From NCBI GenBank assembly GCA_036564905.1, contig DATCOD010000194.1:7240-71239 (forward strand): a stretch of DNA of 64,000 bases, written 5' to 3'. The notes beneath the pieces were generated by a model. That model made no database searches and was not told where the DNA came from. It saw nothing but the letters and a program-made list of their open reading frames with translations. Of this stretch, positions 18,083 through 27,864 are shown piece after piece. The stretch comes from Candidatus Limnocylindria bacterium. GTDB taxonomy: Bacteria > Chloroflexota > Limnocylindria > P2-11E. Position 1 is the stretch's first letter, and each line of letters starts with the position of its first letter. The position numbers were made by a program, and so were the translations under genes.

Positions 18083-19368
18083 CCGCTGCGGTCGAGATCA
18101 AGTACCAGGGCGAGCTGCATCTCCTGCAGAAGGAGATCATGGCGAAGTACTACGCCGAGGCGACCGCGATCGCCGAGGGGAACGGCAAGAAGGCCGCGCA
18201 CCTCCTGATCGCGGGGAACCCGGTCGAGCTCCTGCGGGCGTTCGACGTGCTCCCGATCTACCCGGAGGTGAACGTCCTCCAGATCGCGGTCCGGAAGGGC
18301 TCCCTCCCGCTCATCCAGAAGGCCGAAGAGCTCGGTTACGCGACGGACAACTGCGCCTACGTGAAAGCCGACATCGGTCTCTACCACGCCGGCGGCGTCA
18401 CGCCGTTCGCCAAGATCCCGAAGCCGGACGTGCTCGTGTGCAACTACGTCGGCTGCAACGTCTACCTCAACTGGTTCGAGCATCTCGCCGAGCTGACCGG
18501 CGCGCCGGCGATGAACATCGACATCCCGTTCATCCGCACGCCCGACGGCGAGCCGACCGCGGACGACGTCCGGTACGTGGTGAAGCAGCTCGAGGAGCTC
18601 ATCGTCCTTCTGGAGAACGTGACCGGGAAGAGCCTCGACTGGAAGGAATTCACGAAGATCGTCGAGCGCTCGTCCGAGACCGGACGCCTCTGGGCCGAGA
18701 TCAAGGACATGACCAAGGCGCGCCCGGCACCGTACGACGCCTACTTCGACTCGGTCACGATGATGGCCCCGCTCTACACGCTCCGCGGCACCGAGGAGGG
18801 CCTCCGGTTCTTCGAGGTCGCGCATCGCGAGATGAGCCAGCGGGTGCGCGAAGGCCGCGGCCCGCTCCCGGAGGAGCGGTTCCGCATCGTCATCGAGGGG
18901 CCGCCACCGTGGCCGAAGCTCCGGGTCTTCCGCGACATGTTCAGTCGCTGGGGCGCCGTCGCCGTCGCGTCCACCTATTCGACCGTCGGCGGGCTCTGGG
19001 AGTTCGGCTTCCGGCACGACCCGCAGCACCCGCTGGAGTCCATCGCCGCTCACATGCTGTCGTACAACGTCTGCAACCGGACCTTCCTCCAGCGCTATGA
19101 GCAGATCGAGCGGTACGTGGACGAGTGGCACGCCGACGCCGTGGTCATCCACTCGGTGAAGTCCTGCCGGCTCTTCTCCGCGGGGCAAGGCGACATGCGC
19201 GAGCACTTCGTCCGAGACCGCGACGTCCCGACGCTCCTCATCGAGTCCGATCTCGAGGACCCGCGCTACTTCTCGGAGGCGCAGCTCCGCAACCGCATCG
19301 ACGCCTTCTTCGAGGCGCTCGAGCAGCGGCGGATCACCGCGGGCAAGGCGGCCGGAGGGGTGTCATGA
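18079..19368 (+). CDS. Bcr/Hgd-like enzyme, HGD-D-type subunit 2 (BcrC/BadD/HgdA-like)
   Basis: 'NCAYVKADIG...LVCNYVGCNVYLNWFEHLA...VIHSVKSCRLFSAGQ' is the HGD-D-family Cys pattern. ATGA overlap with subunit 1. Confidence 0.75.
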   Translation: MTAAVEIKYQGELHLLQKEIMAKYYAEATAIAEGNGKKAAHLLIAGNPVELLRAFDVLPIYPEVNVLQIAVRKGSLPLIQKAEELGYATDNCAYVKADIGLYHAGGVTPFAKIPKPDVLVCNYVGCNVYLNWFEHLAELTGAPAMNIDIPFIRTPDGEPTADDVRYVVKQLEELIVLLENVTGKSLDWKEFTKIVERSSETGRLWAEIKDMTKARPAPYDAYFDSVTMMAPLYTLRGTEEGLRFFEVAHREMSQRVREGRGPLPEERFRIVIEGPPPWPKLRVFRDMFSRWGAVAVASTYSTVGGLWEFGFRHDPQHPLESIAAHMLSYNVCNRTFLQRYEQIERYVDEWHADAVVIHSVKSCRLFSAGQGDMREHFVRDRDVPTLLIESDLEDPRYFSEAQLRNRIDAFFEALEQRRITAGKAAGGVS

Positions 19369-20165
19369 GATACGCGGCGGGCGTCGATGTCGGATCCACG
19401 CAGACGAAGGCGATCATCGTCGACGAGCAGCAGCACATCATCGCCCGGTCCCTCACCGACACCGGCGCGTACCTCGTGCGTGCGGCCGACCGGGCCTTCC
19501 AGGCAGCGCTCGACGAGTCCGGGCTCGCCCGGGGCGACGTCGAGCAGGTCATCGGCACCGGCTATGGCCGATTCAAGGTCGAGTTCGGTGACGCGCAGGT
19601 GACCGAGATCTCGTGCCACGCGAAGGGCGCCTGGGCGCTCATTCCGGCCACCCGCACGGTCATCGACATCGGCGGCCAGGACACGAAGGCGATCAAGGTG
19701 AGCGACCACGGCGAGGTCCTCGACTTCGCGATGAACGACAAGTGCGCCGCGGGGAGCGGCCGGTTCCTCACCAACTCCGCCGAGGCGGTCGGGCTGCAGG
19801 TCTCAGAGATGGGCGAGCGGTCGATGGGCGCAAAGCAGCCCGTGCGTCTCTCGACCGTGTGCACGATCTTCGTCGAGTCCGACATCCTCCAGTACCTCGC
19901 TCAGGGGAAGAAGATCGAGGACATCCTGGCCGGGGTCCACGGCTCGATCGCCGCGCGCACCGTCGCCCTCGTCCGGCGCGTCGGCGCCGAGTCCGAGGTG
20001 ACGTTCACCGGCGGGGTCTCGCGCAACGTCGGCATCGTGAAGGCCGTGGAAGAGAAGCTCGCCACGCACGTGAACGTGAGCCCTGACTCGCACTACACCG
20101 GCGCGCTCGGCGCGGCGATCTTCGCGATGGAGCGGGTCGTCGCCGGCCGGGAGGTGCTCGCATGA
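19365..20165 (+). CDS. BadF/BadG/BcrA/BcrD-type ATPase subunit 1 (HgdC-like activator, ASKHA fold)
   Basis: 'AGVDVGSTQTKAIIVD', 'IDIGGQDTKAI', 'NDKCAAGSGRFL', 'TGGVSRN' are the acetate/sugar kinase-like ATPase motifs of HgdC/BcrAD. ATGA overlap upstream. Confidence 0.85.
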   Translation: MRYAAGVDVGSTQTKAIIVDEQQHIIARSLTDTGAYLVRAADRAFQAALDESGLARGDVEQVIGTGYGRFKVEFGDAQVTEISCHAKGAWALIPATRTVIDIGGQDTKAIKVSDHGEVLDFAMNDKCAAGSGRFLTNSAEAVGLQVSEMGERSMGAKQPVRLSTVCTIFVESDILQYLAQGKKIEDILAGVHGSIAARTVALVRRVGAESEVTFTGGVSRNVGIVKAVEEKLATHVNVSPDSHYTGALGAAIFAMERVVAGREVLA

Positions 20166-20965
20166 CGCTGATCGCCGGCATCGACATGGGCTCCCGAAGC
20201 GCGAAATGCGTGCTCATCGATGGGGACGCGGTCGTCGGGAGCGGGCTCGCGCGGATGCGCCCCGACTTCGCGGGTCTTGCGAACGAGGTCCTCGAGCTCG
20301 CGCTCGCGAAGGCCGGACGGCAGCGGACCGATGTCGCCTACATCGCGACGACCGGACTCGGCCGCTACAACGTGCCGCACCGCGACATCCAGATCACCGA
20401 CATCACCTGCGTCGCGCGGGGTGCCGCGCACCTCTTCCCGAACACCAGATCGGTGATCGACATCGGCGCGCAGACGACGCGCGCGATGCGCGTCAAGGAG
20501 GGCGGCCATGTCGTGGAGTTCCGGTCGAACGACAAGTGCGCCGCCGGCGCCGGCGGGTTCGCGGAGCGCGCGGCGCGTTACCTCGAGGTGAAGCTCGAGG
20601 ATCTCGGCGACCTGTCGCTCCGTGCCGACGGGGCCGAGGCCTTTACCTCGGTCTGCGCCGTGTTCGCGGAGTCCGAGATCATCAACCTCGTCACCGCCGG
20701 CACGAGCATCGAGAACATCGTCCGCGGGATCCACGACTCGCTCTCCGAGAAGGCTCTCCAGCTCCTGAAACGGGTCGGCCTCGAGCCCGAGCTCACCTTC
20801 GTGGGCGGCATGGCCCGGCAGGCCGGCCAGGTGAAGTCCCTCGAGACGGCGCTCGGGGTGTCGGTGAACGTCTCGCCGGATCCCGATCTCGTCGCGGCGC
20901 TCGGCGCCGCCCTCCTCGGGCGGCAGCGGTACGAGGGTCGTGCTTCGCAGGAGGTGGCGGCATGA
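20162..20965 (+). CDS. BadF/BadG/BcrA/BcrD-type ATPase subunit 2 (HgdC-like)
   Basis: 'AGIDMGSRSAKCVLID', 'IDIGAQTTRAM', 'NDKCAAGAGGF', 'VGGMARQ'. Paralogous to the preceding ATPase. Confidence 0.85.
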   Translation: MTLIAGIDMGSRSAKCVLIDGDAVVGSGLARMRPDFAGLANEVLELALAKAGRQRTDVAYIATTGLGRYNVPHRDIQITDITCVARGAAHLFPNTRSVIDIGAQTTRAMRVKEGGHVVEFRSNDKCAAGAGGFAERAARYLEVKLEDLGDLSLRADGAEAFTSVCAVFAESEIINLVTAGTSIENIVRGIHDSLSEKALQLLKRVGLEPELTFVGGMARQAGQVKSLETALGVSVNVSPDPDLVAALGAALLGRQRYEGRASQEVAA

Positions 20966-21918
20966 ACGAGCTCCACGACATCGGGTACACGATCAAGGAC
21001 TGGGTGGCCACGGTCACCATCCGCCGGCCGAGCTCGTACAACGCCTACACGACCCGCACCCTGGGCGAGCTCGCGCGGGCGTTCCGCGCAGCGTCGGAGG
21101 ACGACTCGGTCGCCGTCATCGTCCTCACCGGCGAGGGGGAGCAGGCCTTCTGCACCGGTGGCGACGTCAAGGAATACGCCGACGTGTACACGAAGCGCCC
21201 GCACGAGTACTGGAAGTACATGCGCGCGTTCTCCGACGCGATCGAAGGGCTCACGCAGTCGGGCAAGCCGACGATCGCGCGGATCAATGGAATGGCCGTC
21301 GGCGGCGGGAACGAGCTCAACCTCGCCTGCGACCTGTCGGTCGCGGCGGACCATGCCCGCTTCCGCCAGGTCGGCGTGCAGGTCGGCTCCGTCGCCGCGG
21401 GCGGGGCGACCCAGTGGCTCGCGCTCACGATCGGCGAGAAGCGCGCGCGGCAGATGCTCATGACCTGCGAGTGGGTGGACGCGAAGACGGCGCTCGAGTG
21501 GGGCCTCGTGAACGAGGTCGTACCCCTGGCCGAGCTCGACGCGGCGGTCGCGCGGCTCGCCGGGAAGCTCGTCGACACGTTCCCCGAGTGCATGCGCTAC
21601 ACGAAGGCGCAGGCCAACTTCCTGAAGGACTTCGTCTGGTCGTCCACCGTGAGCCACGCCAAGGACTGGCTCTCCGTGCACTTCGGCTCGCTCGAGCCGT
21701 ACGAGGGGATGAGCGCGTTCGCGCAGAAGCGGCGCGCCGACCGCGTCGGTCTCCGTGAGAAGGCCCGCGACGGTGGCTCGAGCGAATACCTCTGGGGTCC
21801 GAACACCCAAGCCTGTCCCGGCTGCGGGGCCCTGGGCCTGCCGGCCGCCTTCAGCCACTGCGGCAGGTGTGGCCACGCCCTCATGCCCGTGGCCGAGCCC
21901 GTCCATGCTGGTCGCTAG
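20962..21918 (+). CDS. Enoyl-CoA hydratase/isomerase (crotonase) family protein, possibly MenB/BadI-like, with an unusual ~45-aa C-terminal Cys4 zinc-ribbon tail
   Basis: Crotonase core 'AFCTGGDVKEY...INGMAVGGGNELNLACDL...EGMSAFAQKRRAD', then 'CPGCGALGLPAAFSHCGRCGH'. RBS 'aggaggtggcgg' upstream; ATGA overlap with ATPase 2. Confidence 0.8.
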   Translation: MNELHDIGYTIKDWVATVTIRRPSSYNAYTTRTLGELARAFRAASEDDSVAVIVLTGEGEQAFCTGGDVKEYADVYTKRPHEYWKYMRAFSDAIEGLTQSGKPTIARINGMAVGGGNELNLACDLSVAADHARFRQVGVQVGSVAAGGATQWLALTIGEKRARQMLMTCEWVDAKTALEWGLVNEVVPLAELDAAVARLAGKLVDTFPECMRYTKAQANFLKDFVWSSTVSHAKDWLSVHFGSLEPYEGMSAFAQKRRADRVGLREKARDGGSSEYLWGPNTQACPGCGALGLPAAFSHCGRCGHALMPVAEPVHAGR

Positions 21919-22684
21919 CCGAAGCGCGACCCGTGACGCCGCGCCGCTCCTGGGGCGTGTCGCCCTCGTGACCGGCGGCTCGCGGGGCATCGGGCGCGCG
22001 ATCGCGCTCGACCTCGCCGCGCACGGAGCGGCGGTCGCGTTCACCTACGCGCACGATGCCGCCGCGGCCGGCGCGGTCACCGACCGCATCGCCGAGGCCG
22101 GGCGCGACGCGCTGGCCGTCCGGGCGGACGGCCGCACGGTTGCGGACGTCGAGCTCGCCATCGCCGCGACCGCTGAACGGTTCGGCGGCCTCGACATCCT
22201 CGTGAACAACGCCGGGATCACCCGCGACCGGATGGTCTGGAAGATGACCGATGACGAGTGGTCCGATGTGCTCGACGCCGACCTCAGCGCGTGCTTCCGG
22301 TACATCCGCGCCGCCGTGCCCCTGCTCCGCGAGCGAGGCGGTGGGCGGATCGTGAGCATCTCCTCGATCAACGCCCAGCGGGGGAAGCTCGGGCAGTCGA
22401 ACTACACCGCGTCGAAGGCGGGCATCATCGGGCTCTCCAAGAGCGTCGCGCGCGAGGTCGGGCAGTACGGCATCACGGTGAACGTCATCACCCCGGGCCT
22501 CATCGCGACCGATCTCGTCGCCGCCGCGCCCGACGAGGTCCGCACGCGCGCGCTCGGCGAGATCGTCCTCGGCAGGCTCGGTGCGCCCGAGGACGTGGCG
22601 GCGCTCGTCACGTTCCTCGCGACCGATCGCGCGAAGCACATCACCGGCGCGGTCATCCCGGTCGACGGTGGCCAATACCTCTAG
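21905..22684 (+). CDS. SDR-family oxidoreductase, FabG/BadH-like 3-oxoacyl or 2-hydroxyacyl-CoA dehydrogenase
   Basis: 'ALVTGGSRGIGRAIA', 'NNAGI', 'SSINAQRGKLGQSNYTASKAG' contain the TGxxxGxG and YxxxK motifs. Start may instead be a downstream GTG. Confidence 0.85.
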   Translation: MLVASRSATRDAAPLLGRVALVTGGSRGIGRAIALDLAAHGAAVAFTYAHDAAAAGAVTDRIAEAGRDALAVRADGRTVADVELAIAATAERFGGLDILVNNAGITRDRMVWKMTDDEWSDVLDADLSACFRYIRAAVPLLRERGGGRIVSISSINAQRGKLGQSNYTASKAGIIGLSKSVAREVGQYGITVNVITPGLIATDLVAAAPDEVRTRALGEIVLGRLGAPEDVAALVTFLATDRAKHITGAVIPVDGGQYL

Positions 22685-22693
22685 GGGGACGGC

Positions 22694-23128
22694 ATGCGGA
22701 TCATCGATCGCTTCTCACGCGAGCACGAGGCCTTCGTCGGAGCGCTCGACGCGCTCCGGATCGCCGTGGCGTCAGGCGGCGACGTTGGTCTCGCGATCGC
22801 CGCGATCCGGACGCTCGCCGAGCCGCTGCTGCGGCACGCCGCGAACGAGGAGGTCCTGCTCTTCCCGGACCTCGTGGAGAAGCTCGGAGGCGAGGACGGC
22901 GGCCCGGTGGGGGTCCTCCGGCAGGAGCACACGATCATCCACGGTCAGGTCGACACGCTGCGCGGGACCCCGACGCGGGCCGACTTCGATCGGGTGTTCA
23001 AGGCGTTCGACGCGCTGCTCCGAGAGCACATCGAGAAGGAAGAGGAGGTGCTCTTCCCGCTGTCGGCGCGGCTGCTCGGGGACGCCCGCCTCGCCGAGAT
23101 GGACGAGGAGATCGCCGCGGGGGTCTAG
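22694..23128 (+). CDS. Hemerythrin-like (HHE cation-binding) domain protein
   Basis: 'REHEAF...LLRHAANEEVLLFPDL...LRQEHTIIH...LLREHIEKEEEVLFP' has the repeated H/E-x-x-x-E spacing typical of hemerythrin HHE domains. Confidence 0.55.
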   Translation: MRIIDRFSREHEAFVGALDALRIAVASGGDVGLAIAAIRTLAEPLLRHAANEEVLLFPDLVEKLGGEDGGPVGVLRQEHTIIHGQVDTLRGTPTRADFDRVFKAFDALLREHIEKEEEVLFPLSARLLGDARLAEMDEEIAAGV

Positions 23129-23895
23129 TGGTGCACCCACCTGGGGGGGCGCTTTTCGAGGAACGCGCGGAGACCCTCCTGCGCGTCGGCCGATCCCGGT
23201 AGCGCATCGACCGAGAGCGCGTTCGCTCGCTCGATCGCGGCGAGCAGATCCGGCCACGAGACACGGAGGGAGCGGCGCGCGAGGCGCAGCGCGGATGCGC
23301 TCTTCGCTTCGAAGCCCGCGGCGACCCGCGCGGCCTCGGCGCGCAGCTCCGTCGCGGGCACGCTTCGCCAGACAAGTCCCCACGCGGCCGCCTCGGCCCC
23401 GGAGATCGGCTCGCCGGTGAGCACGAGGGCCGCGGCGCGCTGGCGGCCGATCACGCTCGGGAAGAGCGCCGCGCCGACCGGAGGGACCACCGCAAGGGTG
23501 ATCTCGGGCACGCCGATCCGGGCGTCGTCCGCGACGATCGCGAGGTCACAGAGCGCCACGAGCTCGCACGCACCACCCAGCGCCGAGCCGTGCACGACGG
23601 CCATGACCGGGACGTCGCCCTCGATGAGCCGGACGGCCACGCGGGTGAACGCGTCGAGCATCGGGCCGATCTGGTCGCCCAGGTGCTCGCCGATGTCGAC
23701 GCCCGCGGAGAACGTCTTACCGGCGCCTTCCAGGACGATGAGCTTCAGCGATCGGTCGGCCGCGAGATCGTGGAGCGTCTCGTCGAGCTCGTCCATGAGC
23801 GCCATGTTCAGGACGTTCAGCGGCGGCCGATCGAGGGTCGTCCACGCCACGCCGCCTTCGCGGCGCACGTGGACCTGGGTTCCGATGGCGGGCAT
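23125..23895 (-). CDS. Enoyl-CoA hydratase/isomerase family protein
   Basis: 'LEGAGKTFSAGVDI...AVVHGSALGGACELVALCDLAIV...GLRAFLEKRPPRW'. ATG at 23895 confirmed by the 'cat' on the plus strand. Confidence 0.85.
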   Translation of the reverse strand: MPAIGTQVHVRREGGVAWTTLDRPPLNVLNMALMDELDETLHDLAADRSLKLIVLEGAGKTFSAGVDIGEHLGDQIGPMLDAFTRVAVRLIEGDVPVMAVVHGSALGGACELVALCDLAIVADDARIGVPEITLAVVPPVGAALFPSVIGRQRAAALVLTGEPISGAEAAAWGLVWRSVPATELRAEAARVAAGFEAKSASALRLARRSLRVSWPDLLAAIERANALSVDALPGSADAQEGLRAFLEKRPPRWVHH

Positions 23896-24079
23896 GGTAG
23901 GGATGGTCGGCGCCGGCCGTGTCCGTCCGGCGTCAGCCACGGCCGGTGCGGCACGCCCCGCTGACATCGGCCGGACATCCTTCGCCGCTACGGTCCGAAG
24001 GAGACGCTCGCCGGGAGGCCTGCCCACGTCGATCGACACCGCACCAGCCGCCGACCCGACCGACGCCTTGCCGGCGACG

Positions 24080-25102
24080 ATGCGTGGCGCGGTGTTCACC
24101 GGCGGCGGCAAGCCGCTCGAGCTGCGCGTCGTTCCCCGGCCGAACGCCGGACCGGGAGAGGTCCTCGTCCGGGTGGTCGCCTGCGGGCTCTGCCACAGCG
24201 ACCTCCATTACCTCGACCACGGCACGCCGACGTTCAAGGCGCCGCCGCTCATCCTGGGCCACGAGATCTCAGGCACGGTGGTGGGCGTCGGCTCGGGAGT
24301 GAGCCCGGAGCGCACCGGTGAGGGCGTCGTCCTGTCCTCGATCTCGACCTGCGGCACGTGTCCCGCCTGCCGGTCCGGACGGGAGAACCAGTGCGCGGAG
24401 CAGCGGATGATCGGCAACTCGGTCGACGGCGGCCTCTCCGAGTACGTCGCCTGGCCGGCCCGCGACACGTTCCAGATCCCTCCTGAGGTGCCCCTCGAGG
24501 ACGCCTGCATCGTCGCCGACGCGCTCACGACCGCGTTCCACGCGGTCGTCCGCCGCGGCCGCGTCTCGTCCGGCGAGACGGTCGCGGTCTTCGGCTGTGG
24601 CGGCGTCGGACTCTCGGCCGTCCAGGTGGCCGTCCAGGCGGGCGCCCGCGTCCTCGCGATCGACATCGACCCGAAGAAGCTCGCGCTCGCGCGGGCGTTC
24701 GGCGCCGAGCTCACGTTCGACGCGAAGGATCCGGACCTCGTCAAGGCGTTGAAGCGCGCGACGTCCGGTGGACCCGACGTCGCCATCGAAGCCATCGGCA
24801 AGCCGGACGTGCAGGAGCAGGCCCTCTCGGCGCTGCGCACCGGCGGCCGGCTCGTGCTCCTGGGCTTCGCCGCGAAACCGATGTCCGTGCAGGGCGGCCG
24901 GGTGACGTTCCGGGAGCTCGAGATCATCGGCACGCTCGGCTGCCGCAACGTGGACTTCCCCCTCGTCATCGACCTCGTCCGGCGCGGCAAGCTCTTGATC
25001 ACGCCGCTCGTCTCACATCGCCATCGCCTGGAGGAGGTGAATGCGGGCTTCGACCTGTTGCGCTCGGGCGCCGGTATCCGTCACATCGTCGTGATGGAGT
25101 AG
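24080..25102 (+). CDS. Zinc-dependent alcohol dehydrogenase (MDR family)
   Basis: 'ACGLCHSDLH' and 'GHEISGTVVGVG' are the catalytic Zn site; 'CGTCPACRSGRENQC' is the structural Zn site; 'VFGCGGVGLSAV' is the NAD fold. Confidence 0.85.
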   Translation: MRGAVFTGGGKPLELRVVPRPNAGPGEVLVRVVACGLCHSDLHYLDHGTPTFKAPPLILGHEISGTVVGVGSGVSPERTGEGVVLSSISTCGTCPACRSGRENQCAEQRMIGNSVDGGLSEYVAWPARDTFQIPPEVPLEDACIVADALTTAFHAVVRRGRVSSGETVAVFGCGGVGLSAVQVAVQAGARVLAIDIDPKKLALARAFGAELTFDAKDPDLVKALKRATSGGPDVAIEAIGKPDVQEQALSALRTGGRLVLLGFAAKPMSVQGGRVTFRELEIIGTLGCRNVDFPLVIDLVRRGKLLITPLVSHRHRLEEVNAGFDLLRSGAGIRHIVVME

Positions 25103-25243
25103 CCGTCCCACGAGCGCGCACCGCGCCCGTTCCATCTGCATGGAGACCCTCATCGTCCTCGCGGTGCTCGCGACCGTGGTCTTCATCGGCCTCGCCTCGA
25201 GACCGGTCCCCGGTGCCATCGACGCCGAGTGGCTTCGGAGGCG

Positions 25244-25687
25244 CTAGCCCTCGCGATACGGCCGCGCGATCCGCATGAAGCGGCCAGCCTCGACGCGTTG
25301 CCACCCGAACTTCTCGTAGAGCCCGTGCGCATCGCGCGTCGCGAGGACGAACCCGCGCTGCACCTGTAGGTCAGGGTGCGCGACGGCCGTCGCGATGAGC
25401 CACCTCGCGAGGCCTCGGCCGCGATACGCCGGCAGCACGAAGACGTCGCAGAGCCAGGCGAACGTCGCGCCATCTGTGACAACGCGGCTGAAGCCGATCT
25501 GGGTGCCGCCGGTGCCGGCTTCGCCTTCGAACAATCCGAAGTTGAGCGACCGTTCGATGGAGTGGTCGAAGACGTCGCGCGGGATCCCGTTCGCCCAGTA
25601 CGACTCGTCATGCAGGTACCGCCAGATGACATCGCGATCGAGGTGCGCGGGATCCGTGGAGATCGTGAATCCGTCGCGTCGCCACAT
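25244..25687 (-). CDS. GNAT family N-acetyltransferase
   Basis: 'VLPAYRGRGLARWLIATAV' is the GNAT motif A. Confidence 0.7.
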   Translation of the reverse strand: MWRRDGFTISTDPAHLDRDVIWRYLHDESYWANGIPRDVFDHSIERSLNFGLFEGEAGTGGTQIGFSRVVTDGATFAWLCDVFVLPAYRGRGLARWLIATAVAHPDLQVQRGFVLATRDAHGLYEKFGWQRVEAGRFMRIARPYREG

Positions 25688-25737
25688 GCGTCGCAGTTTA
25701 CGGTCGCATCCGCGCCGCGGCCGATAGCATCGACGCG

Positions 25738-26679
25738 GTGCCGGCGGAACGCAGCGCGTCCCCAGTCGCGATCTGGACGGCGCTCGGCGTCGTCTACGTG
25801 GTCTGGGGCTCGACGTACCTCGCGATCGCGATCGCGGTGCAGACGCTCCCGCCGCTCCTCTCCGCCGGGCTACGGTTCTGCGTCGCCGGACTCGTGCTCC
25901 TTGGTCTCATCGGTGTCCGCCGCGGTCTGCGGGTCGGACGCGAGCAGCTGATCTCCGCGGCGGCGGTCGGGCTGCTGCTGCTCGTCGGCGGGAACGGGTT
26001 CGTCGTCCTCGCGGAGCGGACCGTCCCATCCGGCTTCACCGCGCTGATCGTCGCCTCGGTGCCGCTGTGGATCGTGATCCTGCGGCGGGTCGCGGGCGAC
26101 CGGATCCACCGTTCGACGTTCGTTGGCGTTGCCGTCGGGTTCGTTGGCGTGGCGGTCCTCGTCGTTCCGCGCGGCTCGAGCGGCGGCGCGGACCTGGGTG
26201 GGATCGCGCTGCTCCTGGTCGCGACGGTGTCGTGGGCCCTCGGGACATTCCTCGCGCCGCGGCTCCGCCTGCCCGCCGACGCGCTGCTCTCGACGGGCCT
26301 CCAGCAGCTCGCCGGGGGCATCGTCCTGGTCGCGCTCGGTGCCGCGATGGGGGAGCTCGCGCACCTCGAACCCGCGACGTGGTCGACGAGATCGCTCCTG
26401 GCGATGGTCTACCTCGTCGTGTTCGGCTCGCTCGTCGCGTTCACCGCGTACAGCTGGCTGCTCCAGCGCGCGCCCGTGTCGCTCGTCTCCACGTACGCGT
26501 ACGTGAATCCGGTCGTCGCGGTGCTCCTTGGCGCGCTCGTACTCGCCGAGCCGGTCACGCCGTCGATCGTCGTGGGCGCGGCGATCATCGTCGCGGCCGT
26601 CGCGTTCATCGTGAGCCGCGAGAGCGCTCGGCAGCGCGCCGCGCGCGCCTCGCCGACCCTCGCGAGCGAGGCCGACTAG
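25738..26679 (+). CDS. DMT superfamily (EamA-like) transporter
   Basis: Ten hydrophobic helices in a duplicated EamA arrangement ('VWGSTYLAI', 'SWALGTFLA'). Confidence 0.75.
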   Translation: MPAERSASPVAIWTALGVVYVVWGSTYLAIAIAVQTLPPLLSAGLRFCVAGLVLLGLIGVRRGLRVGREQLISAAAVGLLLLVGGNGFVVLAERTVPSGFTALIVASVPLWIVILRRVAGDRIHRSTFVGVAVGFVGVAVLVVPRGSSGGADLGGIALLLVATVSWALGTFLAPRLRLPADALLSTGLQQLAGGIVLVALGAAMGELAHLEPATWSTRSLLAMVYLVVFGSLVAFTAYSWLLQRAPVSLVSTYAYVNPVVAVLLGALVLAEPVTPSIVVGAAIIVAAVAFIVSRESARQRAARASPTLASEAD

Positions 26680-26685
26680 TACGGG

Positions 26686-27860
<1,175 letters not shown>

Positions 27861-27864
<4 letters not shown>

